From positions 128,880,321 through 128,915,982 of the forward strand of contig NC_068983.1 of assembly GCF_001194135.2 (NCBI RefSeq): a DNA stretch of 35,662 bases. The letters are read 5' to 3'. Positions within the stretch are counted from its first letter, which is position 1; each line of letters begins with the position of its first letter. The position numbers and the translations under genes were made by a program. The notes beneath the pieces are model-generated. The model saw only the letters and a program-made list of their open reading frames with translations, did not search any database and was not told where the DNA came from. Shown here piece by piece: positions 23,986 through 35,662 of the stretch. This DNA comes from Octopus bimaculoides (lineage: Eukaryota).

Positions 23986-24322
23986 GTATGTATATATATA
24001 ACTGGTTGACAGTCACTTTATCTTTATCGTTATTGAAACAATCGTTTGGAAATAAAGCAGAATCAATGTCATAAGATTTATTTTGAATTGCTTGCAACAA
24101 CTAGACAACGCACTCAAACCACTAATTCCAGTTTTTCAGCCTCAAACACAGCTTTCGAATTAACAATGACATTAAGACACAAAGTTAACGGCGTCCAGTG
24201 TATTAAACGGGCGCGGTTACTTAACAGCTGTTATTCAAGCTGCTTTTCAAGCAACTGTGTTAATTTGTAAAATTTTGTACTAATTGGATTCTCATTTTAA
24301 CTTCTTATTTACTGTCTTCGAA

Positions 24323-24324
<2 letters not shown>

Positions 24325-24366
<42 letters not shown>

Positions 24367-24435
24367 ACATCACGCTCACACACAAACAGCACACACGAAC
24401 ATTATATATATATATATGCATACACACACACACAT
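24325..24435. repeat. (CA)n and (TA)n microsatellite cluster
   Basis: Read directly. Confidence 0.9.
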
Positions 24436-24798
24436 ATGTTTGTAATTATATGTCTATGCACACAAAATTGTGTACTACTCAGTGTATTAAATGTTTTAAA
24501 TATTTTTTTTTTTTTATTGATAGCAATCTGTTATAAACTTGTTCTGCTTTTTTTCCGCTAAAGAATCTGATGGTAATAAGATAAAGCCAATTAATTACAC
24601 TCCCATCTGTTTGAAGTACTACCATGCATTAGGCCGCTCATCTGTTCAATATTTAAATTTGGAAGCAGCATAGAAATGAATATAGGGACATAAAAAATCA
24701 TTTTTGAACTAACAATAAGCGCTATATTTCAAGAACAAGTTTGTGTGAAACCTGTTAAAATGTAAAAGTATGCAGTAAGATTAATGCTGCCAGAAGTA

Positions 24799-26090
24799 CA
24801 GGGTGGGGTACAAGAATGTAGACAGGGTTCCGTAGCATAGAGTAAATAGAGAAATACATTTACAAGTGTCAATGCATTACTTCGATCGCTTGTAACTGCT
24901 GAGCAAAGTGTGCGCACTAGTTGATTGTTTGCTATGTTATACTTCTGAACACATTCTTTGATTGTAAGATTGCAATTACTGAACATCTTTAGCCGTTTTT
25001 GCAAGATGCGAACACAGTAAAAAATGTGGAAGCGTACGAACAGATTCCGTTAAACAAAGCTGTAAAAATTTTGAAGTAAGTCTTCCGAGTAAAGGATTAC
25101 AGGCAAAGGGTACGATATAAATGTAGGTGAAGACGTGGCGCGCTATGTGTTCAGTGCATAACGCCCGAAAAACAGAGAAGCAGTGGTAACTCGCAAGCTA
25201 TCCAGGACATTCAACAAAGGATTACTCGAAATTCACAGAAATCAATACACAACCTGTGGCAGTATTTTCACATTAGGAGGAAGTCAGCGCAACGCATGTT
25301 GAAAAGTTTGAAGTTGAACTCATATCATTTCACAAGTGTTCAACATCGAAATGTGGATGACTAGAGCAAACGAGTAATTTCTGGTGCATGGTAACTGAAT
25401 ATAATTGCTAAGGGTAAGCTACGCCCATCCCAGTACACACTGAATGATGGAGCGTGGTTCCTTCTCCCTGGCTAGGTAAATTCCCAAAACACACTGTACT
25501 ATGCGGTGAAGAATCTATTCCCTGTTTAGGAGCACCTACTCCATAATAGTAAAAAAAGAAAATCGATGTTTGATACACTGCTTTACAGAAAACCATCATT
25601 GGACTGATTTGTATTGACAATATTGTCAATAAGGAGGCCCACATGAATATCTTAGACCAATTTTGTACTCAAATACCTGAAGCTGAAAGATCGAGATACA
25701 TCTTTCAGCAGGACGGGCGATTTGCCACACTTCTCAGGTGTCCAGCCACGAATCCATTGTATCTGATCCGATATGTTCGCAAACACTTTATAAGCACAAC
25801 GTTCTTCTTACCTTTCAACGTGTGACTTTTATGTCCAGTGACATTTGAAGAGAACGTTATGTGAAAAAACCTGCACATAATAGAGGATCTGAAGGACACT
25901 ATCATGGCGATAGCATTATCGCCAACATCCATGTCATTATTTTACTCCGAGAGTTCCAAAACCTTGCTAGACATGCACATATGTTTATTGATGCTGAACG
26001 GAATCATTTTCAAAATCTCCACGATAGTGATTCCTTTCCAGCGCTTGTAAATTTATTTCTGTATTTACACTCTGCATTTACACCTTGCAG
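24799..26090 (+). mobile_element. Tc1/mariner-superfamily transposon (rosa/DD41D-related type by my recall), degraded
   Basis: Left end TA|CAGGGTGGGG. Translation: NDGAWFLLPG*VNSQNTLYYAVKN (cf. DEAWFHLSGYVNSQN), IIGLICIDNIVN..MNILDQF, FQQDG, STCDFY, IIEDLKDTI, DAERNHFQNL. The D-D spacing cannot be counted because of indels. Right end is approximate. Confidence 0.88.
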
Positions 26091-26228
26091 CACTGTGTGT
26101 TATTCACTAGTGAATTAATGCCCTTGTGCATCTAAAAATTACACACACACATACACACACACACATACTCATACACACACTCTCACACACACACGCATAC
26201 ACATGTGTGCTCCCAAGCAAGATCATAT

Positions 26229-26261
<33 letters not shown>

Positions 26262-26756
26262 TATANNNNNNNNNNNNNNNNNNNNNNNNNNNNNNNNNNN
26301 NNNNNNNNNNNNNNNNNNNNNNNNNNNNNNNNNNNNNNNNNNNNNNNNNNNNNNNNNNNNNNNNNNNNNNNNNNNNNNNNNNNNNNNNNNNNNNNNNNNN
26401 NNNNNNNNNNNNNNNNNNNNNNNNNNNNNNNNNNNNNNNNNNNNNNNNNNNNNNNNNNNNNNNNNNNNNNNNNNNNNNNNNNNNNNNNNNNNNNNNNNNN
26501 NNNNNNNNNNNNNNNNNNNNNNNNNNNNNNNNNNNNNNNNNNNNNNNNNNNNNNNNNNNNNNNNNNNNNNNNATATATATATATATATAGTGTACTGTTC
26601 CGTGATGGTTAGATTTATAAAAATGTACTCAATCGTGAGAGAGATAAATATTATTTCGTAAACACAATATATACATAAGTTCTTATGAGCTACAATAGTT
26701 TCATAAAATACAAGCATTTTTTAACATGTCTTGTACTTTCCCGCAGTCCTCTCATT

Positions 26757-26824
26757 GAGGTTTCAGTGAAGGTACCAGACGCGTTTAAAAGTGCTGTCTG
26801 GTACGTTTTCATCGCATGAAACTC
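26757..26824. other. Imperfect ~68-nt hairpin (9-bp perfect core, extendable stem, ~15-nt loop)
   Basis: gtaccagac (26772-26780) pairs with gtctggtac (26796-26804); outer pairing tgaag/tttca and gag.tttca/tgaaactc. Confidence 0.6.
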
Positions 26825-27919
26825 TTAGTAGTTCAAAAAAATTTTGTTGCGTTTATCATATCATACGTGCGCGCGCGCACACACACACACATATATATAC
26901 ACGTGTTCATGGAAGAGTGTTTGTGGATGAATGTACCTACACCTCATGATCACGCAATCGCATGCGAACACACACAACAACATATTTTGATATATGGGTA
27001 TTTTATATTTACGTTATTCTGTTTATAAACGTCAACATTAGTGTTTGCTTTATTTATTGGAAGACATCATGATATTCTTAAAGCTATAAATCTTTTAATG
27101 TTCTGTCAATATTTGATATGCTTCAATGCTAATCAATGAACACACAGCGTTTTATTTTCCAAGAATATAAATCTATTAGTTATCTTCGATATTTTGACGG
27201 GTCAAAAGCCATTGATGCTAACTGTATCAAACATGTCCTGCTTTATAAATTTCTTGTTATCGTTCACTCTTTGAGCAGATTATAGTTATGTGGTTTTTCA
27301 AAAATATATATTCGTTCAGTGGAATTGATTATTGCCACCTGAATTCCAATCAACGTTTTCTCATTTCAAATATATAGTTTATACTTATGCAGAAATAGCA
27401 TTGCCACAGCGTATCCGATCAAACCGTTCATTTGTTGCTTTGTTATGATTTATAAATTTCCTTAACGAGGAGAATATTTCCCCGTCAGAAATCTATTTTT
27501 GAACTTCAGATATTTGATCTGAATGAAGATTGGAAAAGTTTTTCATTTTTAGTCTAAATCAGAAGGTATTCGGAATAGATCAACTAGTGATTCCCAAAAT
27601 ATTTTCAACATACATTGATGAAATGTATATTGTTTCTCCTGAAAGTTTCAATAATATTAACTTCGATAATGGAATCCGAATATATTATATTGCCCTAAGA
27701 TAGGTGTTGTTGTTTTTCAAATCTGTAATAATATATAGCGATCACAAATACGATGACAATACGTATAGATCTATAATACATGCCATTAATTATCTATATG
27801 TCAGTAGTTGCTAAGATTAATTACAGTTTTGTAAGTCTAGGGAAAAGTGTATATTCGCAAATGCTTCATATTCTAGACCATCAATCTTTCACTTGTTCAT
27901 GTTTTATTTTAGATGTATT

Positions 27920-27961
<42 letters not shown>

Positions 27962-29089
27962 NNNNNNNNNNNNNNNNNNNNNNNNNNNNNNNNNNNNNNN
28001 NNNNNNNNNNNNNNNNNNNNNNNNNNNNNNNNNNNNNNNNNNNNNNNNNNNNNNNNNNNNNNNNNNNNNNNNNNNNNNNNNNNNNNNNNNNNNNNNNNNN
28101 NNNNNNNNNNNNNNNNNNNNNNNNNNNNNNNNNNNNNNNNNNNNNNNNNNNNNNNNNNNNNNNNNNNNNNNNNNNNNNNNNNNNNNNNNNNNNNNNNNNN
28201 NNNNNNNNNATATATATAAGTATATTAAAGTATGTTATCTATATTTGGTTACGAAGATATTTTTCTTTTTACGGAAGTACAAATATATTTTTGACATGAG
28301 TTCTAGATTTGTAGTGTACTATTATTTTCAGAGGCCGACCTGGTTTTAGTTATAATGCCCCTTTCTTGATATGTGTATCCAAATTCACACATAGCCTGTG
28401 GGTTTCAGCGAGCTAATGTTAAAATAACTTCCTAAATATTGTAGGTAAAATTATCGGAAATGGAAACTTAAGATAGCTAAGCAAATGTCTCATTATGCTG
28501 CTACTCCTACTAATTTACTCTTTCAGACACCAACATTTTGTTGGTTTTCCCAATATTCTAAATGCAATATATCGCTGATCATTTTCCCATTTTCCATTTT
28601 CTAGATAAAAATTATTAATTAGTGTAACCAATAACAGCTCTATTTATTCATCCTTATATAGCATTAAATTATAAAAGCAATGCACCTTTAACAAAATAAT
28701 GTTGATTTATTAGTTTTTTTTTTTAAGGCATTCTTCCAAAAATATTTGGAATTATTTCTTAACTGTTCTACTAACAGCATATTTTCTGACATTCATTTAC
28801 ATTAAATTATATTTTACTTAGCATACATTGACTTGTATGGTAAAAGTCTTACTAAAGAAATAATGACTCTAATTTTCAGGTCGCTCACATAATCGACAAT
28901 ATTTTATATGTTTAGCGATATGAAAGAAATTCCAATGCTAAAGTTGATTCTGAAGACATTCATAAAACTGCATTTTTAAAGACACTTAATTTCTATAAAA
29001 TTTCTGATGCATTTAAACCCATTTGATGCTTTTAGCCTGCACTCGTTCACTGAAAGCTTTCCAATGAATTTTTGATATTTGTAAACATA

Positions 29090-29490
29090 GGCGTAGGAAT
29101 GGCTGTGTGGTAAGTAGCTTACTTACGAACCACATGCTTCCGGTCCAGTCCCACTGCGTGGCACCTACTTCTTCGGACCGACCAAAGCCATGTGAGTGGA
29201 TTTGGTAGACGGAAACGGAAAGAAACCAGCCGTATATATGTATATATATATGTGCATGTGTGTACATGTTTATGTGTATATGTTTGTGTGTCTGTGTTTG
29301 TCCCCCAACTTCACTTGACAACCGATGCTGGTGTGTTTCCGTCCCCGTAACTTAGCGGTCCGGCAAAAGAGTCCGATAGAATAAGTACTAGGCTTACAAA
29401 GAATAAGTCCTGGGGTCGATGTGTTCGACTAAAGGCGGTTCTCCATCATGGCCACAGTCAAATGATTGAAACAAGTAAAATAGTAAAGAG
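29090..29490 (+). mobile_element. SINE family A, near full length: tRNA-derived head, internal (TA/TG)n tract, conserved 3' body
   Basis: ggcgtaggaaTGGCTGTGTGGtaag..ggtccagtcccactgcgtggcacct..gtgagtggatttggtagacggaaac..[microsatellite]..ttgacaaccgatgctgg..ccgatagaataagtactaggcttac..ggccacagtcaaatgattgaaacaagtaaaa. Confidence 0.92.
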
Positions 29491-30399
29491 TATACGTAAC
29501 GTTAATATTGGCAGAATTGCTAAGTTTATTCCACAGTATAACATTATTCATGAGTGCATAATATATCAAAGCATGCGGTGTATTAATAAAATAATTATCA
29601 TTTATGAAACATAAAAATAGCTGAAAATAAAAATTAGGATACTAAGATTATTTTATTAACAATGTAATCACTATGTAAGATTCGCTTTTACATTTTGTTT
29701 ATAGTAAATGTACTCCTTGCAAATATGTATTTGATTAAATTCAAAATATCCAATCGTATGTAGAGTATTGAAATTTATGCTACCTTTGGTAAATTTGGGA
29801 CCATACACGCTTGCTATAGGAAATCACTAAATAAAAAAATGTGAGAATATAGCAAGCAACGAGATAGTGAATACATCATTCTATAAGCACACGGAAACTA
29901 ATAATGTTTAGAAAATACATAAAACACAACGGATGTGTCAAAATATAAATAAATGAATACATGAGCTACACCCCATCTCTCCCCGCTTGCGTAAAACTTA
30001 TTGAAGAAGGACTGGACAGCACTACATGTAGGTTTACAAAATTACAAGAAAAAACAGGCATTTCCGCATATAATTCGGATGCAACAACATGTATGAGGGG
30101 AAATAAAACAGAAGGCATGGTCATTGCAGAAACAATGCTTTAAAAAAAACCTTTACCCTGTGCTTTTTGATAAAACTATTCTCTCAAATTATTTCAGGTT
30201 TCTGTATGTGACTTTGCAAATCATCACATTTGCGAAGTTGGGTGCAACAATCCACTCAAAATCAAATGTAAATATTAGAATGAGATTATCGAAACCAAGA
30301 GTTTATAGAGCGTTCTACATGAACGGAACTCTACTGGCTCAACAATTTCATCCGTTAGCTCAACTTTCCAAAAATAATTTGCAACCAACGATGTTTCTA

Positions 30400-30517
30400 C
30401 TGGTCGGAGAACATGAATATCAGACACAAGGCAGAATTTGAAGTCACAGCGTAAATACGGACTAAATGTAATTAGGCATTTTCCGAGAATGCTAATGATT
30501 CTGCCAACTCACCGCCT
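30400..30517 (-). mobile_element. SINE family B, 5' part
   Basis: Minus strand ggcggtgagttggcagaatcattagc..aaaatgc.ta..attt.gtccgt.tttacg..ttcaaattctgcc; homologous to 21104 and 13237. Confidence 0.8.
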
Positions 30518-30974
30518 TCAAAATTAGTAAATATTGATTGTGCGAGGCTACTGACTTCGGCAGCAACACCTTCTGAACTCATATCTCAACTTTTCGTATA
30601 GTGATATAACAAATATTGTTCACTAGTAAAACTCAAATGACTTCTGAATTTAAAGGACCCCATTGAATAAGATTCCAGTTCGATAACACCTGCGTCTTTC
30701 AAAGCATTCACGACAAATGTTCATTCATAACGGTGTCTTAATTCTTAAAACTATTTATTTTCTTTGTTGCTTGATTTATTAAGCAAAATGTTTCTCTTTA
30801 TTTAATTTGCATTTCTTCTTGGATTTCAATAGGAGTAGTTTTAAAATATTTATCCTCTTTTATAAGATTAAATATTATGCGTAACTATATTTGTGATACG
30901 ATGCAAATAGGTTAGTGTGTGCATGTAAAACGAATATTTATGATTGTATATATTTTAAGGTATTAGACTACATT

Positions 30975-31059
30975 GATGCTGAGGCTGCGTAGTGAAGGGG
31001 CTTCGACGGACAAATCGACTCTGCTGCATTAAGTTTGGTATTTATCCTATCGGTCTCTC
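30975..31059 (-). mobile_element. SINE family A, degenerate 3' fragment
   Basis: acaaatcgac..tggtatttatcctatcggtctct matches the reverse complement of agag.ccgatagaataagtac..gtcgat.tgt. Confidence 0.55.
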
Positions 31060-33987
31060 ATAAATTAAATTTTGATTGCTTTGTAGCTTCTCACCGTATT
31101 GTAAAGTTTGTATATATCACATTAATATGTCTGTGTGCATGTCAACATAGATGTATTATTATTTCAGCATGTATACCAGTGTTCAATTATCTCTGCTCGT
31201 ATACAACTTCAATGTATCAGTGATGCTTTCATATGTATATCTATGCATGATTAAATGCAATTTAAACAGAAAAGTTTTATAATAATTTTGCCTGAGAATG
31301 TTTAATCACAGGAAGAAGAAAGGTCATTTCAAAACAACATTCATAATTATTTCGGCGCCTCTAGAATATAGATACTTGAATATATCAAATGTGAAATACA
31401 AAACATAAATTTTGTTTAAGACAAACATAAATAAGTTAATTAGCTAGTTAAATAACGACTTTTGAATCAGTAAAGTATGTTTACAACAATTTTTGAAAGA
31501 TTTACAGTAAAGCAAAGCAGAAAATAGTAACAAGGCTATATCTCTTGATATTTCATGGTTTCTAGGAAAATATGGAAACATCAAGTTGTGAGTAAATAAT
31601 TGTATATCAATATATCAGTGAACAACATACAGGTATACTCACATATATCTCTGCATGAATGTGTTTGTGCGTGTCAGTGAGAATGTACGCGTGTCTTTGG
31701 GCATGTTTGTATGTCTATATTTATTATATTTCAGAGTAAACTTTCAATATAACATATCAAATATAAATCACACATCATCTTCAATTCATATTTACTTTAC
31801 AGTTTATCCTCAATTTTTATTTCTGTTTCTCCATCTAGACTTGTCGATCTGTTCAACACGATTTATGGCATTTTCTTAAATTTTAATTTTATATATTTCG
31901 TTTGTTTCTTCTCTTTAAATGTATTCATTTCTACTAGTTGTTTTTCATGAAATTTCCATGTCGATTCATATACAGCTCATCAATGATTACGTATTTTTAT
32001 CTAATATATCGCAAGGAAATGAAAGCAATATCTAAATATTTGCATTGATAAAATTATATTTGAATAAATAAACTTTTACATAAATGCAACACGAATCCAA
32101 AAATAATTTGATTATCCAAAGAACCATCACTATCGCACCTTTCATGAAATATCTGCAGTTTTGTTGCTGTTCCTTAGACCTAGGTCAGCTCTGATTGAAA
32201 TGTACTATGTTTCAAATAAAACAGCTGTAACGATATCTTCTTTGGTCTTTTGTGAAGAGAACTCAGCATTTCAATATACGATGTGACCATTTAGTATGGT
32301 CTAATTCATAGGTGACTTGTTTATCACTGGCCTATATATATATTAGATATCAGAAAATATCAGTTCACAGCACTGATTATGGTCTATGCGGAGACGTTAA
32401 CGAATTTAAGTTAAATTTCGAAAGGTCGTTAATGTAACCTTTGCTTGGCATGGTTAAAAAGATAAAATTTTGTAGAAAATTCTAGATAAAATTTCTAGAT
32501 GTGACCCTGGATTCAGTAAACAGTAACTACTAAACTTACAACAACATTTGTAAAATATTCAGGTAAATATAACCTAGTGCTGCTGAAATAATTATTTTCA
32601 ACTCTCCTTTGCTGAGAGGTGCTTGAGTGAGCAACGCCCTATTATAATATTACTTCGGCCAATGGTTGTTTTATACGTAGGATAAAATACGCATATAATC
32701 CATTCAGTCACCTATCTTCATATAGGCACCCAAACAATATGATTTTCTGCAGTTTATGTGAATGTACAATAAAGTAGCTAAATATTTAATACTTCTAACA
32801 GAAAAACTATTACCCAGCCACAACCACTATAGGATTTTTGTAACATTTGTCTAACATTGGCCTACAAATATTCTTCTAACAGAGTAATAATAGCATCGTC
32901 GGTTGAATTGTCTGACACGGGTACAAAGAAGCACATTCATTCTATAAAGATAGGGTGACTTAAAACATGAGCCACGAAATAAAACATCTGCTTCCCTAAG
33001 AAAATTGGGAAAACTACGACCTTAAAATTAGAATGACTGAATGACGGTAATGAGAAGCCCTACCATTTGTCTTTTGTTTCTTCTTTTGTTTTGTTTTTTG
33101 TTCAAGAAAGAAACATAGACAGTAAGACATATATGTCAATAAGAGAGAAATGCACATAATTCAACGACGGAGCAGGAAAATCAATATATATATATATAGT
33201 TATATATATATATATATATATTGAAGCTATAGTTTTATTGACACGAAATCCTGTAAAGAACCGTTAATATCACGCTGCGAATTGTTTGATATATGCCATC
33301 GCTAAGATACCTCATATAGTTCAGGCATTCCACTATTCTAACACAATTATTAAGAAATATATGTTAAGCTACTGACACCTGAGACCTCAAATTAAATATC
33401 TTTTAAACATTTTAGAAATGTTTTCCTTAAAAGTTTAATCATTGATATTCTCCAGCCTTGCAAAAGTAAAATTATAGAGTCACAATATAATCTATCATAT
33501 ATTATATGAAAATTCCTTCATAACAACATTGAACTACTTATTTTGAATATTAGTTAACGTTTAATACATCATTTTCATGTATCGTATACTTTGATGTATA
33601 CAAAATGATTGGATATAGTTTATATTTTTCTGTGATAATAAAGAATTTTGCCAAAGCGAGAACAAAATTCATTTACATATATTACAGATATGTCTATTAC
33701 TACCTTACATTTACATTCATGATATTCTTATTTATGCCCAATACACCGTAAGAAACTGTTACACTCCTACTACGTATATTGTGTAGTGTGGATATACCTG
33801 GAGCGGTTGTGATTGGGTTTATACATGTCAAAATACACTAAACCTCAAGAGAAACGCGATGTTTTCCAAATGTTATTTACATATGATAAATTCTGAAAAT
33901 TTATTTCGAGGATGTAAATGTAAATATTCCAAGAGATGCTGGTTTATGTTTGAGATCCTTTCAACTTTCCCTGAAACGAGACGCCAA

Positions 33988-34058
33988 AACGCAGCTGCGT
34001 TGAATGCCTTGGGTGGCAGTCGTAAATCATTGTCATGGAAACCGAAATACACGTGTAT
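33988..34058. promoter_or_regulatory. Candidate regulatory cluster: two perfect palindromes with E-boxes flanking an RFX X-box-like motif
   Basis: AACGCAGCTGCGTT (33988-34001), ATTGTCATGGAAAC (34029-34042), ATACACGTGTAT (34047-34058). Motif match only. Confidence 0.3.
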
Positions 34059-34239
34059 CTCGTTGAGGTTATGGGTATAAAACTCAACTTGAATCACGTT
34101 CCTGGAATTCGTAATTTGGATGCTATGTGTGACGTATTTTATTGTAAGTTACTGGTTATTGTCAATTTAATTGTTACTGTTGATTCATTTGTTGCGTGGT
34201 TAAATAAAAAAAACACCTTGTTTTACTACGTTTGGCAGA

Positions 34240-35662
34240 ATTTTGATCTGTTCGCCCCCCCCCCTTGTGTGAAGGGGGGAAACTATCATTGATTTTCTTG
34301 GGTGTTTGCACCCAAAATTATCATTTCAAAAATGAGTAGTTCCTCTGGAGAGGAAACTACCACAGAACCAAATTTTGAACATGCATACCGAACAAGAAAT
34401 GATGAAGGAATAAGAAGTCGATCCAAGATATAACAAAGTGGCAAATTTTGCAACGGCGGCTGGCATGAACAGGAAATACTGAATATTGACCAAAAAGAAC
34501 CAATCAAATATAAAGGATTGATTGAAAAGGAGGGGCAAGATGCGACATTGACCCCTCCCAGTGAAGTGACGCTTAATGCATTCCATTGTAGTATAGTTTA
34601 TAAATCGTTTATAATAAATAGCAAAACATTGGATATAACTTTGAAAGAAGCCGTTGAGATATGCCTCAGACCGGTATGGCAAGATGTCACCTACCTGGCG
34701 AGGGGCAAGAGATATGCAACTATCGAGTGGAGGTTCAAATCTCAAGAAAAGGCCAGGCTACATTCCACGGCCTCCCCGGAATCTGCATAGGTGGTCCGCC
34801 TACCCACATATCTTGGAAGACGCACTTCCAGGATAAGGGTAGGAGAAATCTATCCAGAGGTGGACGTTGCCTGGTTGGTGGCGGCATATGTACGTCTCTC
34901 AGGGCTGGGGCGGTGTACTGTGAAGGACCGATCACAGCTGTTGAGGTGAGGACGAGTTGTCGGACTTCGGCGATGACAAGTCGCCAGGACTGGATGGTCT
35001 TCCCTTCGAGCTATATTTCAGTACGCCAGACTTATTTGGGCACCTACTAGCATGCGTGTACACCAACCGAGTTTATACATTGATTTGTGGGCCATGAAGT
35101 TGTGTTGTTGCTTAGAAAGGATCCAAAAATTGGGATGTAGTAGATAGCTTTAGGCCAATCACTCTGATTAACGCAGAGTTGAAGATTTTGTTCAAAGTAC
35201 TAGCTAAAAATGTTGGCGCCTGCTGCTGTTGGAATCGTCGGAGAGGCGCAAAATTGCGCCATTCCCGGCAGGTCCATTCAAGACAATCTCCACTTTCCAC
35301 GCTAGGTTGGGGCTTTCGTCCATTTAGCGCAATCTAAAGCTTTTGACAAGGTTGACAATCGCTATCAAGTGGCGGTCCTCGCTGCGGTCGGATTTGGCTC
35401 GAACTTCCGTAGATGTATCATTGATTTATAGAGCAGCATCGATTTGAGGATGTCCCCTCTCCCCGCATCTGCTTGTGTTGGCTCTGGAGCCTCTGCTGCG
35501 GAAGTTGGAGGGCATGAGCGACACGTCCCGCGTGATCTCAGTTGCGGAGGATCAGTTACGGCGTATGCGGACAACACCATCAACGTGTCAGAGGCCATTA
35601 GGTAGTACGAGGCGTTGGCAGGAGCAAAAATTAACTGCGTTAAGTCAGTCGACTTGCAACGC
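34240..35662 (+). mobile_element. Tx1/L1-clade LINE: 5' region and ORF1 N-terminus joined directly to ORF2 RT (endonuclease deleted); continues past the window end
   Basis: ORF1-like from ATG 34332 (MSSSSGEETT..VTYLARGKRYATIEWRFKSQEKA; RTSRIRVGEIYPEVDVAWLVAA). Then CEGPITAVEV, KSPGLDGLPFELY, VVLLLRKDP, PITLINAELKILFKVLAK, QSKAFDKVDNRY, GCPLSP..LALEPLLRKL, YADNT, YEALAGAKIN. The start coordinate is approximate. Confidence 0.9.

Noticed and set aside
30280-30410. Minus-strand open frame ETSLVANYFWKVELTDEIVEPVEF
   Set aside because: Its apparent acceptor lies in SINE family B sequence and there is no good donor.

Overview
AT-rich eukaryotic (metazoan) genomic DNA with seven N-gaps, dense microsatellites and many decayed transposable elements. 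There is no prokaryotic operon, CRISPR array, rRNA or real tRNA, and no long intact ORF. The SINE families and the DD37D (maT) mariner match what I recall from Octopus genomes, so a coleoid cephalopod origin is likely (recall-based, not searched). Recognisable fossils are a Helitron Rep-helicase (~230-2220) joined to a Penelope-like GIY-YIG 3' fragment (~2222-2840); an RTE LINE split into two oppositely oriented halves (3128-4195); two mariner-type elements (9135-10007; 24799-26090); a pogo-like element (~17450-18996); a head-to-tail pair of DINE-1/HINE-like non-autonomous Helitrons (13431-14428); about ten tRNA-derived SINE copies from three families; and an internally deleted Tx1/L1 LINE running off the right end (34240-35662). 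The rest looks intronic or intergenic. It holds some short GT-AG exon candidates (best pair on the minus strand, 7066-7190 and 5586-5645) that I cannot assign to a known protein, and two motif clusters that may be promoters. The most interesting signals are the twin-priming-like inverted RTE, the tandem Helitron derivatives, the Helitron/GIY-YIG junction and a hairpin covering a candidate splice donor. I found no firm evidence of a wholly new biological system. Protein-family calls come from my manual translation and memory of consensus motifs, not database searches.
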